Below, one piece after another: positions 11,901 through 19,700 of a DNA stretch of 64,000 bases (its first letter is position 1; each line of letters starts with the position of its first letter). The translations under genes and the position numbers were made by a program. The notes below the pieces were generated by a model. It worked only from the letters and a program-made list of their open reading frames with translations, searched no databases and was not told the origin of the DNA. Source of the DNA: a virus. The stretch spans positions 6,923 through 70,922 of the IMG/VR virus record IMGVR_UViG_3300047357_001427; one strand, written 5' to 3'.

Positions 11901-14475
11901 CAAGGGCGCATCTGAGGCATGGGCTGACTTTGGTCTTGGGCTAGCTAACGAATTGCTTGATCGACTAATGCAAAACAATGTAGATAAAATAATCAAGAAT
12001 TTAACATTTGCATTTACTGGAGAGAGTGGAGAGTCTGACGAGATTAAAATAGCCAAAGAGACCGCCCACCTGGTTGGAATAAACGAGGGAATAATATCTT
12101 CGAATAAAGATTTAACATCAGCAGTAAGGGCTGCGTCAGAAGCATTAAAAAATAAAATACAATTAAGCCAATCTCCAGATGAGCAGTTTAACGATGTTAT
12201 CGCGCCCAATGCAGTAAAGACGCCAGATACGTTTGTAAATGTCCAAGAGAATGCCGCTAAAATACAGGCCGATTTGGAGACATCAAACAAGATAGATTTG
12301 GAAGTATCCTCGTTTATAGAAAATTTATACAAACCAATTGCTCCTCTAGGCGAACTTGCAACCGCAGCAACAGAAGCGGCTGCGGCGATTAATAAAGAGC
12401 CAGCAACAACCAGAGACTTGTTTGAAGCCCAAGATAAGGTGAAAGATTTCAAGGCTAACGAACCACTTCTTAAAAAAGCGGACCCAGAAGATTCGATAGA
12501 TCAACTTTTTAATCGAAACGAATATCAGTCCCAAAGATCAAAGATGGAAAATGAGCGGCCCGACTTAATATCCAGCAAGTATGCAGCGCAAAAAAAAGCA
12601 GAAGGAATTAAAGCTCAAATATCAGAAATAAACTCAATAAGTAACCCCACTAGAGAGCAGCACGAAAAACGAAAACAGTTAAACAATGTATTAGAAGAAT
12701 CAAACCAAGAATTTACTAAATTCTCAAACAAACTCAAGAAATCAGACCAAGACCTAGCTAGTTTGGATGCCAAATTCAAGACAGCAACCACAAGTTTAGC
12801 GGCACTCGAAGCCAAGGTGGCAAGCATTACCCAAGCGTTAAATATACCGAATTCAGTGGGTCCTGAGCCAGCATTAACTAATGATGGGCGAATGGATGTG
12901 CAAGCTCTGCTCAGCAAGCATTCAGGCGGCAAAATACAACACTTCGCAAAAGGCGGATTCGTAGACGGCCCAGCGGGGGTAGATAAAGTTCCTGCAATGC
13001 TAACAGCAGGAGAGTATGTCGTACCTAAAGACAAAGTATCTCAATTAAAGCAAGCAGGCGGAATGATTCAACACTTCAGGGATGGAACGGGCAGCAGGGG
13101 AGCTCAAAAGAAAGAAGACAGCGGGACAAAAGAGAAAAAAGAAAAAAGTAGATTCCAATCCGGCATGGAGGGTGTAGCTAATATAGTAGTAATGAATGAA
13201 GTTTCTCGTGCCGTAGCTGATTCGTTAGATGGAAAAACTGATTCTCCTCCAACCTTTGACGAAAATAAATTCAAAAACCTTGGTTTGAGGTCTGATGTAA
13301 ACATAAAAAGGGGTGACCCTAGATTAAGCTCTAAATTTTTGTCAAGAGATCCGGTTATGCAGCAGTATAAGGACTTTCTCTTGGAGAAAGCCGCTTACGA
13401 CGTACAAAAGAAAAATGAAAAATTTGAAAAAAGAAAAGCGACTTTGGCTACAGTAGTAGGAGCTGTTCAGAGTATGGCTATTGCTGGGGTTACAGAGATT
13501 GCCGCTCCATTTATACAGGGGGCCGTTACAGGGCTTGAAAATACATATGGAAAGTACGCTCCCACAGATAGCGCGAAAGCTTATAGGGCCGCAAGAGCAC
13601 AAGACCCTAAGCTGAATGTTAATTACAGAGATGTAAAGAATAGCATGAAAAATAACAAACCTCTTGTTGTCGGAGAAAGCTCGTATTTTCCGGCGAGAAC
13701 AAAGGAGGGTGGTTTTACATGGGACAAAGCTAGGGTTTCAAACGGCAAAATGCAGGGCCCCAAACAATTCCCCTCGCATAGGTTTCCCGCCTTCAACGAA
13801 GACGCAGCGAGAGAGGAAATTTTCGGTAAAAAAATTATAAAAAAAGCTTCAGGAGGTTCCGTACCAGCAATGTTGACGGCGGGGGAAGGTTTTATACCCG
13901 AAAAAACAGCCAAGAGAATTGGGTATGAAAACTTAAACACAATGAACAGAACGGGTAACCTACCAACAGTTCAGGGGGCGCCAGGAATAGATCAAGTCGG
14001 ACCAGTAGGTTTGACAGAAGGAGACTTTATAATCAAGAAAAATTCTACAGATAAGCTTCTTAGGGAAAATCCATCAATGATGAAATTTGCCCTACAGAAC
14101 CCAGAAGGATTCAAAAAAGGGGAGAGAGGTTATTACGAAGGAGGTGTGGTTGGCAACTCTTCACCGGCAACAGTAGCACCACCCGCAAAACCAAGATCAA
14201 CAAACAGAATACAGCAGCAAAATCCAGCAGAGATGCTGAACAGTATAGCCGCCCCAAAAACACAAACCCCTCAAGTAGAGGCGCAAGGTAAAACCAGCGA
14301 TGTAACGAATAATATAAATGTAAATGTCACCATAGATCAATCGGGGCAAGAAAAGGTTTCTTCGGATAGTTCTGGTGGCTCATACGAGGAGGAGCAGAAT
14401 TTATCTTTAAAAATAAAAACAGCAGTGCTGGATGTGATCAGGCAAGAAAAAAGAATTGGAGGGGAGCTTAACTAA
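2953..14475 (+). CDS. Tape measure protein (3840 aa) with inserted cargo domains
   Basis: TP901-type N-terminal TMP core (FSRQG, DKLAAVD, GNGLKTIFTRI), long Ala/Lys/Glu helical tracts, C-terminal FAKGG..VPAMLTAGE motifs, and position between tube and tail-tip genes. Confidence 0.92.
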   Translation: MVGMRADVTLNVNTSKAKRSMDRAAAEINRSINGVSKKQISFNVNGKSFTQPLGRITASANEFTKSLEASNARVIAFGASVGIINGISEAFKALVVETVKFEKVLQDINVIVGASAGKLQEFGDGLFDVARNTAQAFTVSAEAALEFSRQGLTMEETLRRTNDALILTRLTGLDAASAVSGLTAAVNAFGDAGLSTTDIIDKLAAVDVKFAVSSEDLIKALERTGAVAIDAGVEIDSLIGLVTALQQTTARGGAVIGNGLKTIFTRIQRPESIRQLEEIGIAVKNLSGSILPADKIMINMAKSFDNLSQSQKSNIVQFSAGIFQANVFRAALRDLGKEQSIQAQATEIAGNAAGDAAQKNEMLNKTMAAMASQTTTSIQELAEILGSIGLSPDIDFFLSSIKDGIDGIKNTLGGGEDEGSTFAKGLVKGIGNVITGPAAIAFGAIFIKLFVNIAKFARTSLKDVLGIVNEKDKIRAMEESILKALGENVKLQEGLSNLEDDRKAQEMFILGIIEKQNSAMSEQVDLAARLAKPLVRAGINPDFSKNEASGMVPVAASGMIPESSKKKERQGAAKGGYAAGAIDSMNVKGVGTVVYNKAEKVKQFPGMSQPAIMPPKESRAGKGYKDAFAGQHGFDPYASGGFVPNFAAMSGSKLMLDPSSTQLSANPESVKGSRNLAKSYAELEATGQPISVEATTKQLLSNSGGSHSKKVKEVIRYLQDEGGIESIERKFKLKKLPKRGKRTDDQAEADVLKAEGGKYFNTGGRSGDPTFPVDLVGLGMNPIEVKSGEWKLPNVLLKSLRLYSDDGLMRFAESQGATQEMINEARNEKFKKGANLLTKKGLIGKDASSEQTHQALLAHRMSEGLVPNFAIEPWSQRYRRNKGKEFNTSEEINKAYGVKDLGVSLNQYNVRRDLSEQEIQEIKDQRAATTSRAGQTSYVNIFKNLRAGEYKDRADLADKTKRVSNIVEQLITKSETTSKKASRKEIGGGKNFADFQQLLTDLPGGEAGGSELLENSRKRGKIFEEILSDLGGVKFEQNPDAMDFSRKKERLLRVPEKTADAIGLDNYETYGDAHAGPGHGVRLMRDKIIREVHSEGLLEGLLSNRQVHLPGDDFPDIVNTGRDSEREKEITLGNLMKKGGLKSVKARKAINESVKANHGYTYDELLVEPKNKKKPTEEEKKKLELKKQLDKKIISFNYVTDDVDLGAIDKRTKTGRKVKELEGLKSGNVSGGLIPNFADPRTRSQKIQDTLADPSNKGIKFNKPPSPANITSAQISRHLDIPIGKTPETQPSDEDIKNAIKAVCQTREKLQLPGYENLKSIDKTKILKKYKKQAGEGEYYGNKDLSAARGFVPNFANVHLYRGQKNKTLDTPDISENLPSFASARTPNDVVEIVQDFVKRHVSGDLAGYRNKQGTSGEKKASGANSYSTSPQVADNFANSIDLTSNDMSPGQVFKKTVPSKNIFNKAKLLKILNKGSDPKSGNYPSVEKFKKEIASGAVKNWAQKNGGMYLNISGVNNDDSSGKRYGQSMKQIVPLADVGYNDDGTRQIHQGEREVIQLFNNGLIPNFSKVERVQKSQKRRVKEQVTEEDKDLAHNIFDYLKTNISNLSSRFRFNRSTVSFGGNPEDYEKVFNHSSSRKNKENLIEIAKSEMKMNRILKGFMIPHNEGVATARGKHKAPRDPFLDGAMHGGLVPNFADPLSAAISRERAAGVPQARIRVEKSSQLKSAQNPMGLAVTNTRDEPAGVQQGIRRAKTMGIDPKKHGASKGMVPNFAAPQIPDAILNNAKNELSQMSKAFTDSFSEFSKIASKFGKEGKETLAEIASFDISKDFEGIKDLLNEKMERTEAQINSITEKTGKLSKGEQTRLGELKKAKSSGEALLKSTEEKSQKSKAVKNLSSSEPEAQKTQLIKSENAMIKKMLTARGTDLKSLKEATKASQDFRIALDESAKSAEESDDDGGGLQRLFYLQSAISLVNGQFETLAEGASGLTKTFAQGMLAISNVTASFIQQKELVSEGMNMAGVKRNESFSIGQAFNPEARAARRSAAAASDAGSRGSGVGRMGGLMRNLSGVGRMFGRFLPVIGQLYTGFTVVNEAFKMFNIGEMFGLEKGSGVMDLLSSQGERAAKKLEKLGESTEKLQGALESLNSQTENREKVTDLEILGSRRTQKQELELQQLKLKGLDIDIKAQDALSGLLDENLVGTKVSKRFIEELSKGTNSNEDYVKVIERVIKAQKSQAAFLSGSKSFGDLIDKKLDKFNPDSDDIKLLQGASKVRGSQIGMGFSSAAAGGEDMDVKDRLSILSKNIAALERESSTVSFRSMSDVTKLTDRLAKNLQGTEDFDAEMMASQINSFIKNIDESIDNPSGLDPRETKAVNAGMKQMVIQLNKLKKNLEGESDRQQEAQLKKEYVTAYKNIIFNIEQFRKNEAHLTKLSLASLAHQNKLNSSQQSLLLEYNAIGKEAAISSDFARKRNAMEAKFIADKQGVEMKTIESLNKLRDTYFNTDQLAQQFKKDGKQAADAVQALKDNIKEGVSNADFAGIGKSMNLNPEVMAKVTEAFEQTSAETKNATSSLEVISSLLNKFGKATDSSTASALLLALHEKGLVTITDEHLNLLRSGLLSRERQLELLNTGNKEAQQLLKLEEEHKFIKEKTVTGAAKLYKILQARGREEKHVLDSVKGEAATLAVLNDFYKKDVSILAKSSEAMELGFQKQEEKNRTDAISAVHSLRMLEAQTGSLKNSENSLIILEAKLKSETENAKLALQESEFRLDYLKDQSKREELVGRQLAKEMADLQTSNLLAAEKNLQLSKTGELRKLVEEQLNATLHSSRLEALTAAENALLLTGKTKQVKLIQEANELQEASNKLTELQNAVTKAGVSDKTLRMTTTADIGIEKANSILETRTAGMKATVEPNADNMLAYANSLEQTNKLLGNGSRAIDRFRARMAEMNVEAENLGADLVNIGIDNARSGLTQMFKDIGSGAKGASEAWADFGLGLANELLDRLMQNNVDKIIKNLTFAFTGESGESDEIKIAKETAHLVGINEGIISSNKDLTSAVRAASEALKNKIQLSQSPDEQFNDVIAPNAVKTPDTFVNVQENAAKIQADLETSNKIDLEVSSFIENLYKPIAPLGELATAATEAAAAINKEPATTRDLFEAQDKVKDFKANEPLLKKADPEDSIDQLFNRNEYQSQRSKMENERPDLISSKYAAQKKAEGIKAQISEINSISNPTREQHEKRKQLNNVLEESNQEFTKFSNKLKKSDQDLASLDAKFKTATTSLAALEAKVASITQALNIPNSVGPEPALTNDGRMDVQALLSKHSGGKIQHFAKGGFVDGPAGVDKVPAMLTAGEYVVPKDKVSQLKQAGGMIQHFRDGTGSRGAQKKEDSGTKEKKEKSRFQSGMEGVANIVVMNEVSRAVADSLDGKTDSPPTFDENKFKNLGLRSDVNIKRGDPRLSSKFLSRDPVMQQYKDFLLEKAAYDVQKKNEKFEKRKATLATVVGAVQSMAIAGVTEIAAPFIQGAVTGLENTYGKYAPTDSAKAYRAARAQDPKLNVNYRDVKNSMKNNKPLVVGESSYFPARTKEGGFTWDKARVSNGKMQGPKQFPSHRFPAFNEDAAREEIFGKKIIKKASGGSVPAMLTAGEGFIPEKTAKRIGYENLNTMNRTGNLPTVQGAPGIDQVGPVGLTEGDFIIKKNSTDKLLRENPSMMKFALQNPEGFKKGERGYYEGGVVGNSSPATVAPPAKPRSTNRIQQQNPAEMLNSIAAPKTQTPQVEAQGKTSDVTNNINVNVTIDQSGQEKVSSDSSGGSYEEEQNLSLKIKTAVLDVIRQEKRIGGELN
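4873..8274 (+). repeat. Seven dispersed G-[FLM]-[VI]-P-N-F-[AS] peptide motifs in the TMP
   Basis: Motifs start at nt 4873, 5542, 6646, 7000, 7639, 8023 and 8254 (aa 641, 864, 1232, 1350, 1563, 1691, 1768). Confidence 0.95.
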
Positions 14476-15506
14476 TGAAGCAAGCTGTATTAGGTTATGA
14501 ACAAAAATTCTTTATTGATGGAACTCAAATTCACGGAGTGCAAAGCGTTGACGGATCTTACTCTATAAGCGAGAAGCCAATAAATATCCTCGGATGGGGG
14601 CACGTAAATAGTAATTTTTACAAGCAAGGATTAGATAATTTCGCCCAGCCAGATGGGTCTTTTATATTGGACGAAAATGGATTCAATATAATTGGAGAAC
14701 AGACTCTTGATTGCGCAAGGCAGATAGATGGCAGGAAGGTTCCTGAAAGCATGGCCATATTAAACTCCCCGCTGGAGGGTTCTTTTTCTATAGACTCAAT
14801 ACTAGTTAGTGAGGACTTTTTCATTCAATACACTGGGGATAGACCATTTAATGGAAGCATACATCACGGAAATAAGTATTTTGGTTTTAGTGAAGGATAT
14901 ATTAATAATCATACTGTATCCTGCGCTGTAGGTCAGCTGCCGACAACCTCTACATCTATTACGGTTTTTGGGGACGTTGGAGGTTCGCCAGATTACGTGA
15001 AGCAGGATGATGGGGCGGGTATATTTTTACAAGAAAATGAAGGTTTTGGAATTTCAACTGAGGACTCCAATGGTGGAAGTTACAACGCATCTGGAGACAA
15101 TAGTTTTCCAGAAATAAGATTAACCAATCAAGGCTCAATAATAATAGAGTGTGACGGCTCCTACACCGATAGAGTTACATCTTTTTCGCACTCAATAGAG
15201 GTTCCTCTTTCGCCAATATATACGGTTGGAGCTTCTGTTCCGGCACAAGTAGATGTAGTTTGGCCAACCATGAGCACAACTTCGTTTAGTTTAGATATAG
15301 ACGAGTACCAATACCAAAGCATGAGGAAATATTTAAGGAATCCTCACGTTAAAGATATATCTGTAACTATAAACGATTGCTTTGGTAGGTTGATACAAAA
15401 ATACATAGTAAAATCAGCAAGGCTAATGAGCGAAACCATGGCCTCCTCAACAGACGGAAGGATGACTGTAAATTTGTCATATAAATCTTATTATAATAAG
15501 AGATGA
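14475..15506 (+). CDS. Tube-fold tail-tip/initiator protein (tube paralog)
   Basis: GVQSVDGSYSISEKPINILG, GYINNHTVSCAVGQLPTTS and SARLMSETMASS..TVNLSY align with the tube proteins. TAATG overlap with the TMP stop. Confidence 0.6.
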   Translation: MKQAVLGYEQKFFIDGTQIHGVQSVDGSYSISEKPINILGWGHVNSNFYKQGLDNFAQPDGSFILDENGFNIIGEQTLDCARQIDGRKVPESMAILNSPLEGSFSIDSILVSEDFFIQYTGDRPFNGSIHHGNKYFGFSEGYINNHTVSCAVGQLPTTSTSITVFGDVGGSPDYVKQDDGAGIFLQENEGFGISTEDSNGGSYNASGDNSFPEIRLTNQGSIIIECDGSYTDRVTSFSHSIEVPLSPIYTVGASVPAQVDVVWPTMSTTSFSLDIDEYQYQSMRKYLRNPHVKDISVTINDCFGRLIQKYIVKSARLMSETMASSTDGRMTVNLSYKSYYNKR

Positions 15507-16702
15507 GTAAGCCTTTTTATAGATATGAGGACGTTCCTGTGTTGCTAGCGACCAAAGGTAGTGAACCAATTATGGTTTTTGCTAGTTCTGCTGGACTTTC
15601 TGCAAGCCAACCGATAGAGGCTAAGAAATTCCTAGAAGACCATAATATATCTTTTGCATTACAGACTGGGGATGTGCATTTTACAGGAGCTTATGAATCT
15701 GGCTTTTTGATGGGTCCAAGAAATGGCCCGGGCGTAAGAATGTCTGAATCGGTTGAGACTATACCAAGTGGTTACAAGATAACATACCCAGGAGGACAAT
15801 CTTTATATTTAACCGAAGATTTATCTGCTGGAGATTACTATATTAAGGTGAGGTCCACCGGTGATACATTATTGGATTATGATAGGGATATAGAATACGG
15901 AGAAGTTGATGTTTTAAGAAATTATGCGGCATCAAATGTTGTAAGGGGTGCGTTGAATATTTCTTACTATATGAATACTGGAAACCTTCATACGTTTGCA
16001 AACTTGACTGGATTATTAGATCCAAATATTTACCCACAAATTAATGAAGAGAAAATTACAGGATCATTTGGTGATTATATTTTTGAAGACGCATACTTGA
16101 GGGAGTTAAATTTTTCCGCACAACCTTTTCAACCAATAGAATCGAGACTAAGCATAGATATATATGGAAAAATGGAATACCGTGAGGGCTTGTCGCAGTC
16201 AATACTTGACGATTATGGATGCTTGAAAGAGAATCAATTTAGCATACCTCACGCAGTCAACACTAAACTTGTTGGCGCCTCCGGAATTGGCATAAATTAC
16301 CCGCTTAATTTTGATTATACTATATCGTCGCAAAGATCTCCAGAGGTGCCAGTCCCATTAAGTGGTAAAATTAGCGAAGATGGTGAGGTGCCAGTTCGGG
16401 TCACAAAAGATAATATAGATATCACTATAAAAATTCAAGGAGAGAAGCTTGATCCATTTCTAAAAATATCAGGACAAAGAGCTAACGTCACAGTTGAGCT
16501 TTCTGATATTGGATTCAATAAGGAATTTACGGACAATAACGAAGGGTTGATGAATAAATTTTCTCTAGCCGGAAGTTTGATTTATCCTGATATGCCATCT
16601 CAAGAGCTAAGGGATTATGGAGTTGTGGAGGAGGATAATTTAAGCGTTTCAGAGGGTGGCTTTTTAAAGGGCACTGCAACAATAAAACAGTCTTACAGGT
16701 AA
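15503..16702 (+). CDS. Putative tail-tip protein, distant tube-fold paralog
   Basis: FEDAYLRELNFSAQPFQPIESRLSIDIYG and LNFDYTISSQRSP resemble tube-domain strands. ATGA overlap with the previous gene. Confidence 0.45.
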   Translation: MSKPFYRYEDVPVLLATKGSEPIMVFASSAGLSASQPIEAKKFLEDHNISFALQTGDVHFTGAYESGFLMGPRNGPGVRMSESVETIPSGYKITYPGGQSLYLTEDLSAGDYYIKVRSTGDTLLDYDRDIEYGEVDVLRNYAASNVVRGALNISYYMNTGNLHTFANLTGLLDPNIYPQINEEKITGSFGDYIFEDAYLRELNFSAQPFQPIESRLSIDIYGKMEYREGLSQSILDDYGCLKENQFSIPHAVNTKLVGASGIGINYPLNFDYTISSQRSPEVPVPLSGKISEDGEVPVRVTKDNIDITIKIQGEKLDPFLKISGQRANVTVELSDIGFNKEFTDNNEGLMNKFSLAGSLIYPDMPSQELRDYGVVEEDNLSVSEGGFLKGTATIKQSYR

Positions 16703-19700
16703 TGGATATACCGGCTTCATTATGGAATACTGCAAGACAGTACAAGAAGGATGATATAGTTCAAGTTGCAAATTTGGCTCTTCCTGGTGATGAATATAGG
16801 GATAAAAATGGAGATCTTGTTCAGCCGATAACCACTCATGATTATCTTCAATTACAAACAGATCAAGAGTATGTAATATCCGCAGATGTCTTGGCCGAGG
16901 TGGATGTAATAGATAGCCAGGAAATTACTATAGGTACATATTTTAGCATTAATAATAGCCTGAATTATTCTATAGGATGCATGGTTAAAAAATTAACTGA
17001 ATCGTCTTCAACTATAGACGATCAAAAGACATATATTACTCAGTCATCTGGGGGAGTTGTTGATTTAGAAAACTCTATAGGCATAGGGGTAGGGATTAAG
17101 TTCCTTGACGCCCTTGGAGAAAGAATAAAAGTTTCGAATCTTAGGGATAGTCACAGGTTAATGGCTGGCAGCGAACTTAATGATCGTGAATATTATAATG
17201 TATTGTTAGATATAGAAGCAAGTTCAATACCTGATGGCGCAGTTGGCGCATATTTATTTGTATTTGTTTATGGTATAAAATCTGGCGGATTTATGTTTAA
17301 GAAACCTTTTGCTTCTGATTTGGGTAGGTTTTTTTATTGCGTCGAGGATCATTCCTCTGGCTTTGGTAACGAACCAAATGCAGAACTGGGCTCAAAATAT
17401 TGGACTCAAGATTTCATATGGAGGCCTTCTTATGGTTCGAAGTCAGATTTTGTAGCCATCAATGATGAACTAAAAATGGGAGAGGGTAAAGATTATGTAA
17501 CCAGCATGGCCATAAATTCCTTGCCGATGGAGCTAACTTTAAACTTTAATAATAGAACCGATGCAGAAGCTAAAGCTATAGTTCATTTTTTACAAGAAAA
17601 GTCATTTGCTTATAATTCAATTTTTAGTTTAGATTATAAAGGTAATAGATTATTGTCAAGTGATGTAGCTTCTTTCAATTTTAAATATAGTTATCCCTAT
17701 AAGGATGATTTAAAGTATACTTGTACTGAATTTGATCATTCGATAGTTTATAGAAATAAAAATAATATCAAGGCTAAATTCGTATGCAACACTGAGAGCA
17801 CTTTGGCTAGCTTCGAGAGTCACGCTGGATACAATAAAAGAGTTGACGCTTTGATACCTATATTTATAGACGAAGTAACTCACTTTAAAAAAGGAGAGCA
17901 AATAAGCTTAAATACATTCACCCTGGAGGGGGATGATGGAGCAAAGAAAATAGAGCCAAGTAATATATTAAAAGTAAAAAGATATGACGAGCCCGGAGAG
18001 TCGATAAAAGGTTTGATAATATGCAAAGAGCCCGAAAAGTTCGAAGAAGGAGATTGTGTTTTTGTAAAAGTAAAAGATCCAGAAAACTCTATATATAATG
18101 TAGGAAAAACAAAAATATATAAAAAAATATCTGAAACTGAATTTGTTTTTCACCCGTTATTGGAAGAGGGGTCATATGAAGACGTGGTAAATTTAAAGGC
18201 TACATCTTCGGCTGGAGAAAACACTTCAGTGCAATGGTTCGATGAGGATATCGGTAACCAGTTGAAAATAAGAGAGGAAGAGTTAGAGACTATCGATTTA
18301 GCTGATCAAGTTTGGCGCCCAACTGACATCAATAAAATAACGCCAAGAGAAACAACTCTGGAGCAAGATTATGGAGCTCAATATTTTGAGGAAAACGCAC
18401 TTGAGCAAATAACGATAAGAGGTCAAGAATTTATTGTTTTTGACAACGTATCAATAGTCAGAATGCCTACATGCCCTGAGGATTGCGCAGATAGTAAGGT
18501 TTTGATGCCGGAGGGAGTGTCTATCATACCTGCAACTAACGAAGATCCAGCAACTGGAGAAAGTAGGAAAAGACAAGTATACTTAAAAAACTACAGAAGG
18601 CTACAAATAGACTCAGAGATCACTGCAGATACTCAAACTGTTAAGTTTACTCCTATGGAGAGTTTTACACTGGAGGCAAAGGATGACTTCTGGCTGCTTA
18701 TTTCTGCCGTTCAAGGCAGGAGTAGTTTATACCTAAAAGATCCAGACGAAATTCCAAAATATCCTTGGCTAGAAGTTAGAACCTTTGACCACAAGCCAAG
18801 TTTAAATTTCAACATAAACCACACTCCTGAAAACATACAAACAAGTTTTCTTAAATACTACAATAAGAAATATAAGAAAGAATTAAATTCTAATCTATCT
18901 ACATTTAATGTAGTTTTTGATAAAAGGAGCGACCAGGAGGCTGCCGAAATATTGCAGTTCCTTGAGAGCCATCTTGGGCACAAGAAATTTAGGTTTCAAA
19001 TGCCTAGGCCATATTTAAAAGATACAAGCGCGACGACTTCTCCGAGTAGACCTTTCATATCAACTTTTTATTGTCCTAGCTGGGGGCACGATATAGTTTA
19101 CAAGAATAATCATAGTATTACAGCAACCTTCGTAGAGTCCACAACCTCAACAGAAGAAGATTTGCGTAATGTTTTTGGCATAGGCAGGGAGGAGCAGAAG
19201 CCTTGCTATGGAGCTGAACTTTTTGACCCTGTTACTAAATTTGAATTATGCACCTTTTCTTCGATATTGCAGGCCACAAATGGAATTGGATTTGAAGTAG
19301 TAGAAGGTGAGAACGAGCAATTAATTGGAAAATCTAAAGCTGTTGATTTAGTTTTTATAGTTGATACGACGGGCAGTATGACCAATCAGAGTATGGAGAC
19401 GAATGGAGTCACCAAAACAAAGTATCAGGTATGTGTAGATATACTTTTAAAAATGATAACAGCTCACGATAGCTATATCATGCCTGGGACCGAATCATAT
19501 AATGGTGAATTTAACACTCCAGCATTAAGCTTTGGGTCAAATAGTGGTGATAACACTATACCTCCATGGCCAGCAGATAATGAAGTCTTGAATAGCTTGT
19601 TACCTAAACTTTACGATCCGCTAAAGGAATTGCGAGATTCTCTTGAGAATGAGGGTTATAATTTAAAAAACTTAGATAGATTTAAAATAAAAATAGACCA

